From Bacteroidia bacterium (GTDB lineage Bacteria; Bacteroidota; Bacteroidia; M30B66): DNA of 64,000 nucleotides. A model generated the notes under the pieces. That model saw only the letters and a list, made by a program, of their open reading frames with translations. It was not told the origin of the DNA and did not search any database. Where the stretch lies: the NCBI GenBank assembly GCA_965279035.1, contig OZ257142.1, forward strand, positions 1,152,001-1,216,000. The letters run 5' to 3'. Positions within the stretch are counted from its first letter, which is position 1; each line of letters opens with the position of its first letter. A program made the position numbers and the translations under genes. This document shows positions 17,606 through 27,247 of this stretch, piece after piece.

Positions 17606-19891
17606 TTACTCTGAATCAGGAACTTGAGTTTGCTTTAATTTCTTATTATTTTTTTTCCCATACAAGGCAATTAACAAAACTGGCATTAATACTAATTCAG
17701 CAATTAAAGCAAAAATTAGTGTCACTGAAATCATCATCCCTACATAAAAAGTACTCTTGAAATCACTCAACATTAATGTTGAAAACCCTGCAGCAATAAC
17801 CATTGCTGTTAAAATCATTGCTTTACCAGTTGATAAATACGTTACTCTTAAAGCCATCGGTAAATTCAAACCTTTCTTTAATTCCACTTTCAAACGACTC
17901 AGTAAATGAAGCGTGTCATCAACGGCAATTCCAAATGCAATGGAGAATATAACAGAAATAGTCACCTTCATTTCAATATTTGCCCAACCCATTAATCCAG
18001 CTACCATACATAAGGGTAAAATATTGGGTAAAACCGATAACAACATCATCCGCCAGGAACGAAAAATTATCCCAATAATTAACATCAATACAGCTATATC
18101 TAAACTTAAACCTTGCAACATGTTTTCGGTAAGATAGCTATTGCTTTTATCAATTAAATCGGATGAACCAGTAACTCTTAATTTAATATTATTAAATCCT
18201 GCCCCTCGAATAAACCCAGCAAGTTTTTGATTCTTCTCCCCAACAGCTTTGCTTCCTTTATCTTTAATTCTCCCTGTTATTCTCCCCATTTCACCATCAC
18301 GAGTCAATAACAATCGAATTTCCTTTTTTCCAAGAAAAGGTCGTAGCGTATTATTTAATGAATCAAATTGGATTTTAGATTCAGGAAATTTATACCAAAT
18401 AGGATCTCCATCATGCAGTGCTTGATTGAATCCTTTTACCAATCCCAAAGGAGATACAAGTGCTCCAACTTGATAATGAGTGCTTAAAAAATCTTCCAAT
18501 ACCTGCATTTCTTTGAGCGCTTCCCATGTGAGGATAGATTTCCCTTTTTCTTTCGAAATTACCGACATCTCAAATCCTCGAACTCCAGAAAAATGCTCAT
18601 CAAAAAAACGGAAGTCTTGTTTTATTGGATCGTTTTCATCCAAATCATCTAACACCGAATTATTCACTTCAATCATTCCAATTCCAGCAACAGAAATAAG
18701 AAGCAAGACAACCGATCCCCAAATAACATAAGCTGGCTTTTTGAAAATAAGTCGTAATAACCTGCGTAAAAAATGATCCCATTTTACTTGAGATGCATGC
18801 ACTTTAAATCGATCGGGATTTTTAACTCTCAATAAAATAAATGGCAGGAGCGTGATGGAGAATATATATGCAACCACAACACCAATTGCTGTATAAGTTC
18901 CGAAATCACGTATAGGTTGAATAGAGGTTGTATTTAACGTTAAGAAGGCAACTGCTGTGCTGATGCACGTTAGGAATGTTGCAAATCCAACTTCTTGTAA
19001 AGCCAAGCGAATGGAATCAATCCTCGAAAATCCAGCTTCAATTTTTTCGTAAAACTGACTTGTTATATGGATCACATCCGACATCCCCACAACAAATAAA
19101 ATGCAGGGCATCAAAATGATCATAATGTCGATCGGTTTTCCCGTAGCTGCCATTATTCCGACAGTCCAAATAATCGATAATACCACGACCGATAAAGGAA
19201 CTAATACACCCCAAATGTTTCGGAATGTGAGCCATAAGAAGAATGTTACGAGCACAAACGATATCGACATGAATAACAATAATTCATGTTGGGTTTTTGT
19301 GAGATATGCTTTTTCGGATCGTAATTTTCCCATTAGGTGCGTCTTTACAGGGAAAAGACTCAATCGCTTTTCTATAGATTCTAATAAACTATCTGCCGCT
19401 TGTTTTGGCAATAAATCTTCATGACGCAGATATAGTGTAATGTTCTTACTGTCGGCCGAAATCAGGTTACCAGCATAAACAGGAGTACTAAATATTCTGG
19501 CAGAATCGGCTTGAATATTTTCAGGATGATTTAAATCCAAGACAGGAATTTCAACAATTCCGAATGAATTAATTATAGGTGTTTTTAAGTGAGTGATGGA
19601 AGTTACCGAATGAACATGTGGCAATTTTTTTAAATCACTCCGTAGAGTCTCAACGCGATTCAAAAAATCAAGTGTGAAAACACTTTTCCTATTTTCAATT
19701 CCTATTAAGAAGAACGCATTGTCCGATTCAAAACGATCTCTGAAATTGTAATAATAATCAGCATCATCGCTTTCAACTGGAAAGAAATGTTCGAAATTAT
19801 AATCAAACGAAATATTCCTGCATTCGAAAACCAAATAAGCTGTCATGAACAGCAAAACCAGCATGGTTAAATTCAGAAATCGTTTTAACAT
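17606..19891 (-). CDS. MMPL/RND superfamily transporter
   Basis: Two repeats of a periplasmic domain plus TM bundle; motifs VVGMSDVIH and FGIAVDDTLH. Confidence 0.9.
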   Translation of the reverse strand: MLKRFLNLTMLVLLFMTAYLVFECRNISFDYNFEHFFPVESDDADYYYNFRDRFESDNAFFLIGIENRKSVFTLDFLNRVETLRSDLKKLPHVHSVTSITHLKTPIINSFGIVEIPVLDLNHPENIQADSARIFSTPVYAGNLISADSKNITLYLRHEDLLPKQAADSLLESIEKRLSLFPVKTHLMGKLRSEKAYLTKTQHELLLFMSISFVLVTFFLWLTFRNIWGVLVPLSVVVLSIIWTVGIMAATGKPIDIMIILMPCILFVVGMSDVIHITSQFYEKIEAGFSRIDSIRLALQEVGFATFLTCISTAVAFLTLNTTSIQPIRDFGTYTAIGVVVAYIFSITLLPFILLRVKNPDRFKVHASQVKWDHFLRRLLRLIFKKPAYVIWGSVVLLLISVAGIGMIEVNNSVLDDLDENDPIKQDFRFFDEHFSGVRGFEMSVISKEKGKSILTWEALKEMQVLEDFLSTHYQVGALVSPLGLVKGFNQALHDGDPIWYKFPESKIQFDSLNNTLRPFLGKKEIRLLLTRDGEMGRITGRIKDKGSKAVGEKNQKLAGFIRGAGFNNIKLRVTGSSDLIDKSNSYLTENMLQGLSLDIAVLMLIIGIIFRSWRMMLLSVLPNILPLCMVAGLMGWANIEMKVTISVIFSIAFGIAVDDTLHLLSRLKVELKKGLNLPMALRVTYLSTGKAMILTAMVIAAGFSTLMLSDFKSTFYVGMMISVTLIFALIAELVLMPVLLIALYGKKNNKKLKQTQVPDSE

Positions 19892-19897
19892 ACTGGC

Positions 19898-20257
19898 TTA
19901 TTTTTTCAGCACTGGAAATAAAACCACGAAACACAAAGCCATATTAATCAGGATATTTCCAATTGCCCAAAGTGCCTGACCATTCTTTAAAAGAATCATC
20001 GTTTCTAAGCTGAAAGTAGAAAACGTACTTAATCCTCCGCAAAACCCTACTAATACAAGCAAACGTGTGGATTCTGGAATATTGTTGCTAAATTTTAACA
20101 GAATTACCATCACGCAACAAGCAATAACATTGGCCGATAGAGTTGCCAGTGAAAGAGGAAGTTGATTGCTTTTGATTGCTAAAATAGAAAGGATATAACG
20201 AATCACCGAACCAGCTCCTCCTCCTATAAATACCCAAAGCATTGATAGACTATTCAT
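19898..20257 (-). CDS. crcB: Fluoride efflux channel CrcB/FluC
   Basis: Motifs GGGAGSVIRY, TLSAN, GFCGGLSTFSTFSLE. Confidence 0.93.
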   Translation of the reverse strand: MNSLSMLWVFIGGGAGSVIRYILSILAIKSNQLPLSLATLSANVIACCVMVILLKFSNNIPESTRLLVLVGFCGGLSTFSTFSLETMILLKNGQALWAIGNILINMALCFVVLFPVLKK

Positions 20258-20820
20258 ATCGATTGAATTTTTTGCTTTGGATGAATAAATCGTTCAGTGA
20301 AACGAGCTATGAGAAATCCAATACTAGCACCTGCAATCCAACCACATAGAATATCTAATGGGAAATGTGCACCTAAATAAATTCGACTATAACCAACTAG
20401 AAACACCCAAATACCCAATAAAATCCAGATGTATTTATTCCGAATAAAGTGCGTAACAAATAAGCTAAATGCTGCGGTATTGCTTGCATGAGAAGAATAA
20501 AAACCGAACTCTCCACCACAATGATTATTCACCAAATGAATCGAATTGGCTAACAACGGATCATGGCAAGGACGTAAGCGTTCCACATAAAATTTAATCG
20601 CAACCGAAACTTGATCACTTAATAGGATTAGCAAAATAACAGCAGCTAAAATCCACCAGAATTGAGTTCGATATTTTTGAAATAATACTACTGCGATAAT
20701 CGCATAAAATGGAATAGCAGAATAACGTGAACTGATTATTTCCATTATATGATCGAACGGAACAGAATGCCATCCATTGATAGCGGTAAACAATTCATAA
20801 TCAAAACCGCTTAAAATCAT
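20254..20820 (-). CDS. PAP2 family phosphatase
   Basis: Motifs K....[20 protein letters not shown]. Confidence 0.92.
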   Translation of the reverse strand: MILSGFDYELFTAINGWHSVPFDHIMEIISSRYSAIPFYAIIAVVLFQKYRTQFWWILAAVILLILLSDQVSVAIKFYVERLRPCHDPLLANSIHLVNNHCGGEFGFYSSHASNTAAFSLFVTHFIRNKYIWILLGIWVFLVGYSRIYLGAHFPLDILCGWIAGASIGFLIARFTERFIHPKQKIQSI

Positions 20821-21815
20821 GGATGTGTGTTAAGCGCCCTCCAAAGCATGTCTTTTAATTCAACTAATCCAACTCCAGTATGGGATGAAATAAATACATA
20901 AGGTACTTTTTGGGGAAGTTCTGACTTTAGAGCTTCTTTTAATTCATCATCCAATAAATCACTTTTACTAATAGCCAATAAACGTTGCTTATCAAGCAAT
21001 TCAGGATTGTATTCCTTTAACTCGTTTAGCAGGATATTGTATTCATTCGCAATATTATCTGCATCAGCAGGGACCAAAAATAAAAGCACTGAATTCCGTT
21101 CAATATGACGAAGAAAGCGCAAACCCAATCCTTTGCCTTCGCTCGCTCCTTCAATGATTCCAGGAATATCAGCCATTACGAACGACTTATAATCGCGATA
21201 AGCTACAATTCCAAGATTAGGAACCAATGTGGTAAAGGGATAATTGGCAATCTCGGGTTTTGCGGCAGAAAGCTTAGAAAGTAATGTTGATTTTCCCGCA
21301 TTTGGAAAGCCTACCAATCCAACATCTGCTAGGATTTTCAATTCCAAAACTTTCCACAATTCTTCACCGTCTTCACCCGGTTGAGCAAAACGGGGCGTTT
21401 GCAAGGTGGGCGATTTAAAATGAAAATTCCCTAAACCTCCGCGTCCTCCGCTTACTAAAATTCGTTCTTCTCCTTCTTCCGTAATTTCAAAATGAACTTC
21501 TCCTGTTTCTGCATCTCGTGCAACAGTTCCAAGTGGTACATCGAGTATGATGTCCTCGCCATCTTTCCCATGTTTTAAAGCGGAACTTCCTTTACCTCCC
21601 GGTTCTGCAATAACATGTTTACGGTATTTCAAATGGATCAAAGTCCATACTTGAGTACTTCCACGTAAAATTATATGACCACCTCGACCACCATCGCCTC
21701 CATCAGGTCCTCCTTTGGCTGTGTTTCTGTCGCGATGTAAATGGATTGAACCACCTCCGCCTTTGCCCGAACGGCAACAGATCTTCACATAATCAACAAA
21801 ATTTGAATCAGCCAC
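20817..21815 (-). CDS. obgE: GTPase ObgE/CgtA
   Basis: Gly-rich Obg domain ([12 protein letters not shown]), G1 [18 protein letters not shown]. Confidence 0.97.
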   Translation of the reverse strand: MADSNFVDYVKICCRSGKGGGGSIHLHRDRNTAKGGPDGGDGGRGGHIILRGSTQVWTLIHLKYRKHVIAEPGGKGSSALKHGKDGEDIILDVPLGTVARDAETGEVHFEITEEGEERILVSGGRGGLGNFHFKSPTLQTPRFAQPGEDGEELWKVLELKILADVGLVGFPNAGKSTLLSKLSAAKPEIANYPFTTLVPNLGIVAYRDYKSFVMADIPGIIEGASEGKGLGLRFLRHIERNSVLLFLVPADADNIANEYNILLNELKEYNPELLDKQRLLAISKSDLLDDELKEALKSELPQKVPYVFISSHTGVGLVELKDMLWRALNTHP

Positions 21816-21854
21816 AGTTTAAATTTTTCAGGATTGAATGAACCCGATTTTTCG

Positions 21855-21862
21855 CAAAATTA
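21855..21862 (-). promoter_or_regulatory. -7 promoter box (TAATTTTG) for obgE-PAP2-crcB-MMPL
   Basis: Matches TAnnTTTG upstream of GTG 21815. Confidence 0.55.
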
Positions 21863-21895
21863 CGATTACCCTATCAACCAACAGGGTAAAAAACA

Positions 21896-21923
21896 AAAAT
21901 CCCCGCACAATGGCAGGGATTTT
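21896..21923 (-). terminator. Intrinsic terminator after the peroxiredoxin gene
   Basis: AAAATCCC..GC-loop-GC..GGGATTTT hairpin with a U-tract on the minus strand. Confidence 0.65.
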
Positions 21924-21937
21924 ATTTTAAAATCCTA

Positions 21938-22570
21938 TTAGTGTTTAGCTAAATAGTTAGCAACACTGTCATGATTTTCTTTTAAAGTAGCATCTCCTTT
22001 TCTCCAGTTAGCAGGACAAACTTCTCCGTTTTCTTCGAAGTATTGTAAAGCATCCACCATTCGAAGTGCTTCATCTACATTGCGACCTAATGGAAGATCA
22101 TTTACCACTTGGTGGCGAACAACTCCATCTTTATCGATGAGGAACAATCCGCGAAATGCGATCATTGGTCCAGTAGAAATCATTTCACCATCTTCATTAT
22201 AATCGTAGTCGCCAAACAAAACCCCAAAATTCATGGAGATTGTTTTTGATGTATCGGCTACTAAAGGATATTTGATTCCTTCAATTCCACCTTTGCCTTT
22301 TGGAACCTGAAGCCAACCCCAATGTGATTGTTCTGTATCAGTTGAACATCCAACAACAGCAACATTACGAGCTTCGAATTCGGCCAGTTTTTCCTGGAAG
22401 GCATGCAGCTCGGTAGGACACACAAACGTGAAATCTTTTGGATAGAAAAAGAAAACTACGTGTTTGTTTCCTAAATATTGTTCGAGAGAGAAATCTTCAA
22501 CGAATTCTCCTCCATTAATAATTGCCTTTGCAGAAAAGGCAGGAGCAAGTTTTCCAACAAGTACTGACAT
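21938..22570 (-). CDS. ahpC: Typical 2-Cys peroxiredoxin (AhpC/Prx1)
   Basis: Motifs FFYPKDFTFVCPTE and GEVCPANW. Confidence 0.94.
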   Translation of the reverse strand: MSVLVGKLAPAFSAKAIINGGEFVEDFSLEQYLGNKHVVFFFYPKDFTFVCPTELHAFQEKLAEFEARNVAVVGCSTDTEQSHWGWLQVPKGKGGIEGIKYPLVADTSKTISMNFGVLFGDYDYNEDGEMISTGPMIAFRGLFLIDKDGVVRHQVVNDLPLGRNVDEALRMVDALQYFEENGEVCPANWRKGDATLKENHDSVANYLAKH

Positions 22571-22597
22571 GTATATCGGGTTTTAGTTTTTATGGGG

Positions 22598-22605
22598 CAA
22601 AATTA
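22598..22605 (-). promoter_or_regulatory. -7 promoter box (TAATTTTG) for the peroxiredoxin gene
   Basis: Matches TAnnTTTG, 27 nt upstream of the ATG. Confidence 0.6.
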
Positions 22606-22645
22606 GTCATTCCAAGTTGAGGAAACACAGTGAATTTGCTTTTGT

Positions 22646-23431
22646 TCAGCGAATAAGCAATGCAGTAGCAAAACCTAATAAAATCGTAAGAAGCTTAATA
22701 ATATTAAAGCGGTGATGCTCGTCCGATTCAAATAATATAGTTGTACTGATGTGGAGAAAAATTCCAATTACAACTGCCAATGCCCAAAATCCAAACTGTC
22801 CCGTTAAATCAGTTTCTGATGGAAAAATAGTAATGGCTGCCATTGCTCCCAAAGGTGTCATACACGAAAAAATAAACAAAGCCAGAAAGCTCTGCTTAAT
22901 CGTTTTTCCAGACATCAAGAACAAAGTCATTAATGTAACGGAGATAGGAATGTTGTGAAAAATAATTGCAGTAAATAAATCTTCACCAGCTTTGCCATAC
23001 ATCAAAGGAACACCTTCTACAAGCGCATGAATACACAATCCTGTCATCAATAACCAAGGCGATTTCATCACCGGATGAAAATCACTGTTGTCATCATGAT
23101 GGTGCGTATGAGCATGATGATGTTTATGTGATGAATGATCATGTTGTTCAGGGGGATGAATATGGCCATGTTCAATTCCTCCTGAGATATAATCCAATAA
23201 TAATTGAAGTAAAAATCCTCCGAGTATCAACCAACCACTAATCATCGGGTTGTTTATTCCTTCATATACTTCCGGAAGAAGATGAAATAAACACAAGGCT
23301 AAAATGAATGCTCCACTGTATGAAAGCAATAATTTGATGGCTTTACTGCTTTTGATTCGGAAAATCAATACCAAACTCCCGCTGGCAATAACAGATCCTA
23401 TCAATATGAATATTTTCAAGAGCATTGTCAT
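22646..23431 (-). CDS. ZIP family metal (zinc) transporter
   Basis: Motifs HLLPE, His-rich loop, IHALVEG, FHNIP, IFLHIST. Confidence 0.92.
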   Translation of the reverse strand: MTMLLKIFILIGSVIASGSLVLIFRIKSSKAIKLLLSYSGAFILALCLFHLLPEVYEGINNPMISGWLILGGFLLQLLLDYISGGIEHGHIHPPEQHDHSSHKHHHAHTHHHDDNSDFHPVMKSPWLLMTGLCIHALVEGVPLMYGKAGEDLFTAIIFHNIPISVTLMTLFLMSGKTIKQSFLALFIFSCMTPLGAMAAITIFPSETDLTGQFGFWALAVVIGIFLHISTTILFESDEHHRFNIIKLLTILLGFATALLIR

Positions 23432-24171
23432 GGCTTACGAACACAAAAAATAATACGTTCAGATTCAATAGAATCAAAGGGTTTTAATGCATAATTCCCC
23501 CAAATAGCTTCTACAACAAGTCCACAGCTTAAAAAATAATGCTTAAAATCTGATTGATCTATCAACATGACTTTTTCTTCAAATTGATATGCTTGTCCTT
23601 TATCCTCAAATTGAATGGTTTTTATCACATGGTTCTCTTGTATTTCTCGATGTAACTGAAAACGAATTCCATCAATCATTTTTTCATCATGACTCGATCC
23701 TTTAAGTCGAAGCTTTTCTACATTCAAAAAATCCAATAAGAGATATCCTCCCGAACGTAAGGACTTTGAAACGTTTCGTATCACGCGTTCGTTTTCTGTA
23801 TCACGCTCAAAATAACCAAAACTGGTAAATAGATTAAACACATAATCATACGAATTCGTCGATAATAAATCACGCATATCGTGCATGTAAAATCGAAGTC
23901 CATTTTCTTCAAATGCTTTAGCATATCGTATATTCTCTTCCGAAAGATCAACTCCAGTTACATCAAATCCTTTCTGATGTAAATACACCGAATGCCTTCC
24001 TCTTCCACAAGCCAAATCAAGCATCTGCGCTTTTTTTACAGGCTTCAAAAACGAAATCAAGTGATCAATGAAAAATGTCGCCTCATTCACATCTCGGTGT
24101 GTATAAAGGATATGATAATAAGGCGAATTAAACCAGGCCTTATACCATTCTGCTGGCTGAGTATTTTCCAT
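23428..24171 (-). CDS. Class I SAM-dependent methyltransferase (start probably 24171)
   Basis: Motifs LDLACGRGRH, GVDLS, DMR, NLFTSFGYF. Confidence 0.9.
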   Translation of the reverse strand: MENTQPAEWYKAWFNSPYYHILYTHRDVNEATFFIDHLISFLKPVKKAQMLDLACGRGRHSVYLHQKGFDVTGVDLSEENIRYAKAFEENGLRFYMHDMRDLLSTNSYDYVFNLFTSFGYFERDTENERVIRNVSKSLRSGGYLLLDFLNVEKLRLKGSSHDEKMIDGIRFQLHREIQENHVIKTIQFEDKGQAYQFEEKVMLIDQSDFKHYFLSCGLVVEAIWGNYALKPFDSIESERIIFCVRKP

Positions 24172-24177
24172 GTTGGG

Positions 24178-24185
24178 CAAAAGTA
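24178..24185 (-). promoter_or_regulatory. -7 promoter box (TACTTTTG), 6 nt upstream of the methyltransferase ATG
   Basis: Exact TAnnTTTG match. Confidence 0.55.
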
Positions 24186-24217
24186 CAATTTCAATTTCCT
24201 TAGCAATGGATTAAAAC

Positions 24218-24250
24218 AGAAAAGGCTGTCGATCATCGACAGCCTTTTCT
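24218..24250 (-). terminator. Intrinsic terminator after the fasciclin gene
   Basis: Perfect inverted repeat AGAAAAGGCTGTCGA-TCA-TCGACAGCCTTTTCT. Confidence 0.85.
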
Positions 24251-24267
24251 ATTCAAAAAGGAAAATC

Positions 24268-25791
24268 TTAGTTTTTTACAAAACGTAAAGTAGAGTTCGT
24301 ATTGTTATTCTGAATGCGAATCGTATAGATTCCAGATTCAAAGGATTGAACATCCAATGTGGAAGTTTGATTCGTAAATGTACCAGTACTCAACACTGAT
24401 CCCAATTGATTAAACACTTGATATGTTGCTTTCGTTGGAATTTCAGTAAAGTTGATTTGAAGCGTTTCTACTACTGGATTTGGATACACTGTAAAATTAG
24501 ATTCTACTTTCTCATTAATTCCTAAAGTAACCGGAACCAACACAGCATTGATTACATGTACAACGCCATTATTAGCCAGTAGATCAGTCACAGTAACTAC
24601 TGCATTATCAATCGAAACTGTTGATCCTGAAATCGAAACTGTTAAATTATCACCAAACAACGTTGGGACTTGTTGACCATTAGTCAAAGAGCCTGAATAA
24701 GCAACAGATCCTACAACATGGTGCAAAAGCACATCAGTTAATAATCCGTTTGGATCGGCTAATAAAGCATTCAACGTTGCTGTTGGTACTGCTGCAAATG
24801 CTGCATCGGTTGGGGCGAAAACAGTAAATGTTCCTGGTCCATCAAGGGTTGATGCTAAACCAGCAGCATTAATTGCCGTTTCTAAGGTTGTATGAACTGG
24901 GCTGTTTGAAATAATATCGAAAACAGAACCCGGATTTGGTAACAATACTGCATCTATCACATGCACAACACCATTGGTAGCAACAATATCCGCTACTGTA
25001 ACTTGAGCATCATTAATAAACACATTTCCCCCGTTAATTGTCACTGTAACATCCTGACCTTGAACTGTCATAATGGTTTGTCCATTAGTCAATCCAGCCG
25101 AAAATGCAGCACCTGAAACAGCATGGTAGGTAAGAATATTTGTTAAAGCTGGAATGTTCGCCACTAATGAATTTAAAACACCTGCTGGTAATGCAGCAAA
25201 TGCAGCATCCGTTGGAGCGAACACTGTAAAAGGTCCATCTCCCGAAAGTGTTCCTTGAAGATTGGCTGCTAAAACAGCTGTTTCTAGTGTTGTATGAGTT
25301 GGACTGTTCACAATCACATCAACTACTGTTCCTGTTGGAGGAATCAATACTGCATCAATCACATGAACAACGCCGTTTGTTGCAACAATATCAGCAACCG
25401 TTACTTTCGCATTGTTGATGTAAACATTCGGTCCATTAATAGTTACCGTAACTTTTTGTCCTTGAACTGTAACGATTCGTTGTCCATTAGTTAAAGAAGT
25501 TGATAATGAATTTGCTCCTACAACATGATACGTTAAAATATTCGTTAATGCTGGAATGTCCGCCAATAAAGCGGTAACCGTTCCTGCTGGTAATGCATTA
25601 AATGCAGCATCGGTTGGTGCAAAAACCGTAAATGGTCCTGGACCTGATAAAGTTCCATCCAATCCTGCTGCTATCACAGCAGCTTCAAGGGTTGTGTGAT
25701 CTGGGCTGTTGACTATAATATCAACAACCGTTTGCGCCTGTGTCGATACGGCAAGTATGACAGAGGAAATAAGAGTTAAAATTTTTTTCAT
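24268..25791 (-). CDS. Triple fasciclin (FAS1) domain protein with T9SS type A C-terminal sorting domain
   Basis: Three copies of FTVFAPTDAAF...NGVVHVIDAVL; signal peptide; CTD VYPNP...G.Y.IRI......RFVKN. Confidence 0.93.
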   Translation of the reverse strand: MKKILTLISSVILAVSTQAQTVVDIIVNSPDHTTLEAAVIAAGLDGTLSGPGPFTVFAPTDAAFNALPAGTVTALLADIPALTNILTYHVVGANSLSTSLTNGQRIVTVQGQKVTVTINGPNVYINNAKVTVADIVATNGVVHVIDAVLIPPTGTVVDVIVNSPTHTTLETAVLAANLQGTLSGDGPFTVFAPTDAAFAALPAGVLNSLVANIPALTNILTYHAVSGAAFSAGLTNGQTIMTVQGQDVTVTINGGNVFINDAQVTVADIVATNGVVHVIDAVLLPNPGSVFDIISNSPVHTTLETAINAAGLASTLDGPGTFTVFAPTDAAFAAVPTATLNALLADPNGLLTDVLLHHVVGSVAYSGSLTNGQQVPTLFGDNLTVSISGSTVSIDNAVVTVTDLLANNGVVHVINAVLVPVTLGINEKVESNFTVYPNPVVETLQINFTEIPTKATYQVFNQLGSVLSTGTFTNQTSTLDVQSFESGIYTIRIQNNNTNSTLRFVKN

Positions 25792-25847
25792 GATAAATCG
25801 TGTGGGTTTATTGGGTTAACATTGCGCTATCAAACAGGCATACCTTA

Positions 25848-25885
25848 TTTTTGTTTAATGAATTAACTAAAAGATTAAACAAAAA
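25848..25885. promoter_or_regulatory. Candidate operator: 12-bp perfect inverted repeat TTTTTGTTTAAT-N14-ATTAAACAAAAA
   Basis: Lies between divergent genes (fasciclin and THUMP methyltransferase), so it is unlikely to be a terminator. Confidence 0.5.
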
Positions 25886-25917
25886 AGCATCATTAAACCT
25901 AAGTGATTGATAATCAA

Positions 25918-27117
25918 ATGGAAAATTTAGAGCCTTTACTTTTCGATTCGAACAGCCAACACGAAATTTTGGTGCGAACCTATGCTGGTCTCGAGGATGT
26001 TCTCGAAGGAGAAATCCGAAAATTAGGTGGTGCCGATGTCGAAAAAATGGTTCGATCTGTTATCTGCAAAGGCGACAAAGGATTTATCTATAAACTCAAT
26101 CTAGCTCTGCGAACCGGATTGCGCGTTTTAAAACCGATCAAGAAATTCCGTTTCAAAACAAACGACGATTTCTATAACGAGATACTCGATATCGACTGGC
26201 CTGCTCTTTTCGATGTCGATAAAACCATGATTTTCGATACGCTCTTGTTTAGTGAGCATTTCACCAATAGCATGTTTGTTTCTCAATTGGCTAAAGATGC
26301 AGTTTGCGATCGCTTTCGAAAAGATGTCGGCCGTCGTCCATTTATCGATTCCAAAGAACCACATATATATGTAAGTGTATATGTTCGCGATCAGGAAGTA
26401 ACTATTTACCTCGACAGTAGTGGCGAAAGCTTGCATCGACGCGGTTATCGTAAAGAGCAAGTAAAAGCTCCTTTGAGCGAAGTCATGGCTGCAGGAATTC
26501 TCCTCATGAGTGGCTGGTCCTATCATTTTCCGCTCATCGACCCTATGTGCGGTTCTGGAACTTTTTCAATCGAAGCGGCGCTCATTGCGAACAATATACC
26601 TCCCGGAATTTTTCGTAATGGTTTTGCATTCGAAAACTGGAAAGACTTTGAACCCGAACTATTCGAAGCAATCCTCAATAGCCTAAACAAGAAAATCACT
26701 GAAAATCCTGTGGAAATTTTTGCCTGTGATCGTAGCTTTGCAGCTGTCGAATTAGCCAAAGAAAATGCGCGCGAAGCAGGTGTCGATGGCGATATTCGTT
26801 TCGAATCTGTTCCCTTCGAAAAACAAAAAGCACCCGACAAACGATCATTTTTGTTCATGAATCCTCCCTATGGAGAACGCATGCAGCCCGAAGACATCGA
26901 AGCACTATATGGCATGATTGGCAGCACGCTCAAGCATACCTTTGGTGGTTCCGAAGCTTGGCTTTTCACCTCCAATCAAGACGCACTCAATAAAGTTGGA
27001 TTAAAACCTTCACGCAAAATCAAGCTCTTCAACGGACCACTCGAATGCCGCCTCGTTCGTTACGAAATGTACGATGGCAGTAAAAAAGCCAGCAAAAATC
27101 CTTCAGCTCAAACGTGA
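25918..27117 (+). CDS. THUMP-domain rRNA methyltransferase (RlmL N-terminal/YpsC-like)
   Basis: Motifs GLE....E, DSSGESLHRRGYR, APLSE, DPMCGSGT..IEAA, NPPYGER, LFNGPLEC. Confidence 0.9.
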   Translation: MENLEPLLFDSNSQHEILVRTYAGLEDVLEGEIRKLGGADVEKMVRSVICKGDKGFIYKLNLALRTGLRVLKPIKKFRFKTNDDFYNEILDIDWPALFDVDKTMIFDTLLFSEHFTNSMFVSQLAKDAVCDRFRKDVGRRPFIDSKEPHIYVSVYVRDQEVTIYLDSSGESLHRRGYRKEQVKAPLSEVMAAGILLMSGWSYHFPLIDPMCGSGTFSIEAALIANNIPPGIFRNGFAFENWKDFEPELFEAILNSLNKKITENPVEIFACDRSFAAVELAKENAREAGVDGDIRFESVPFEKQKAPDKRSFLFMNPPYGERMQPEDIEALYGMIGSTLKHTFGGSEAWLFTSNQDALNKVGLKPSRKIKLFNGPLECRLVRYEMYDGSKKASKNPSAQT

Positions 27118-27128
27118 TTGTGAACTTT

Positions 27129-27247
27129 TTGGGCGGTGTCCGGGCTATTGTTCCAAGCCGCCCAATCTCCACAATGATTCAGTAAACTAATATCATATTT
27201 AGTTCTTCGTTACAGAATTGACCGGCTTTCCACGCTATCCCTACCGC
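27129..27247 (+). ncRNA. Structured RNA/repeat element resembling the Bacteroidota Flavo-1 motif
   Basis: GGGCGGT..CGGGCT..CCAAGCCG...CGGCTTTC..GCTATCCCTACCGC. Complementary segments GCGGT/ACCGC, GGG/CCC, AAGCCG/CGGCTT and AACTAA/TTAGTT. The family match is from memory and was not searched. Confidence 0.55.

Noticed and set aside
20258-20400. Fluoride riboswitch upstream of crcB
   Set aside because: crcB overlaps the PAP2 stop codon, so there is no leader, and I saw no riboswitch consensus.
23085-23175. CAT/GAT-rich low-complexity DNA in the ZIP gene
   Set aside because: It encodes the His-rich cytoplasmic loop typical of ZIP transporters.
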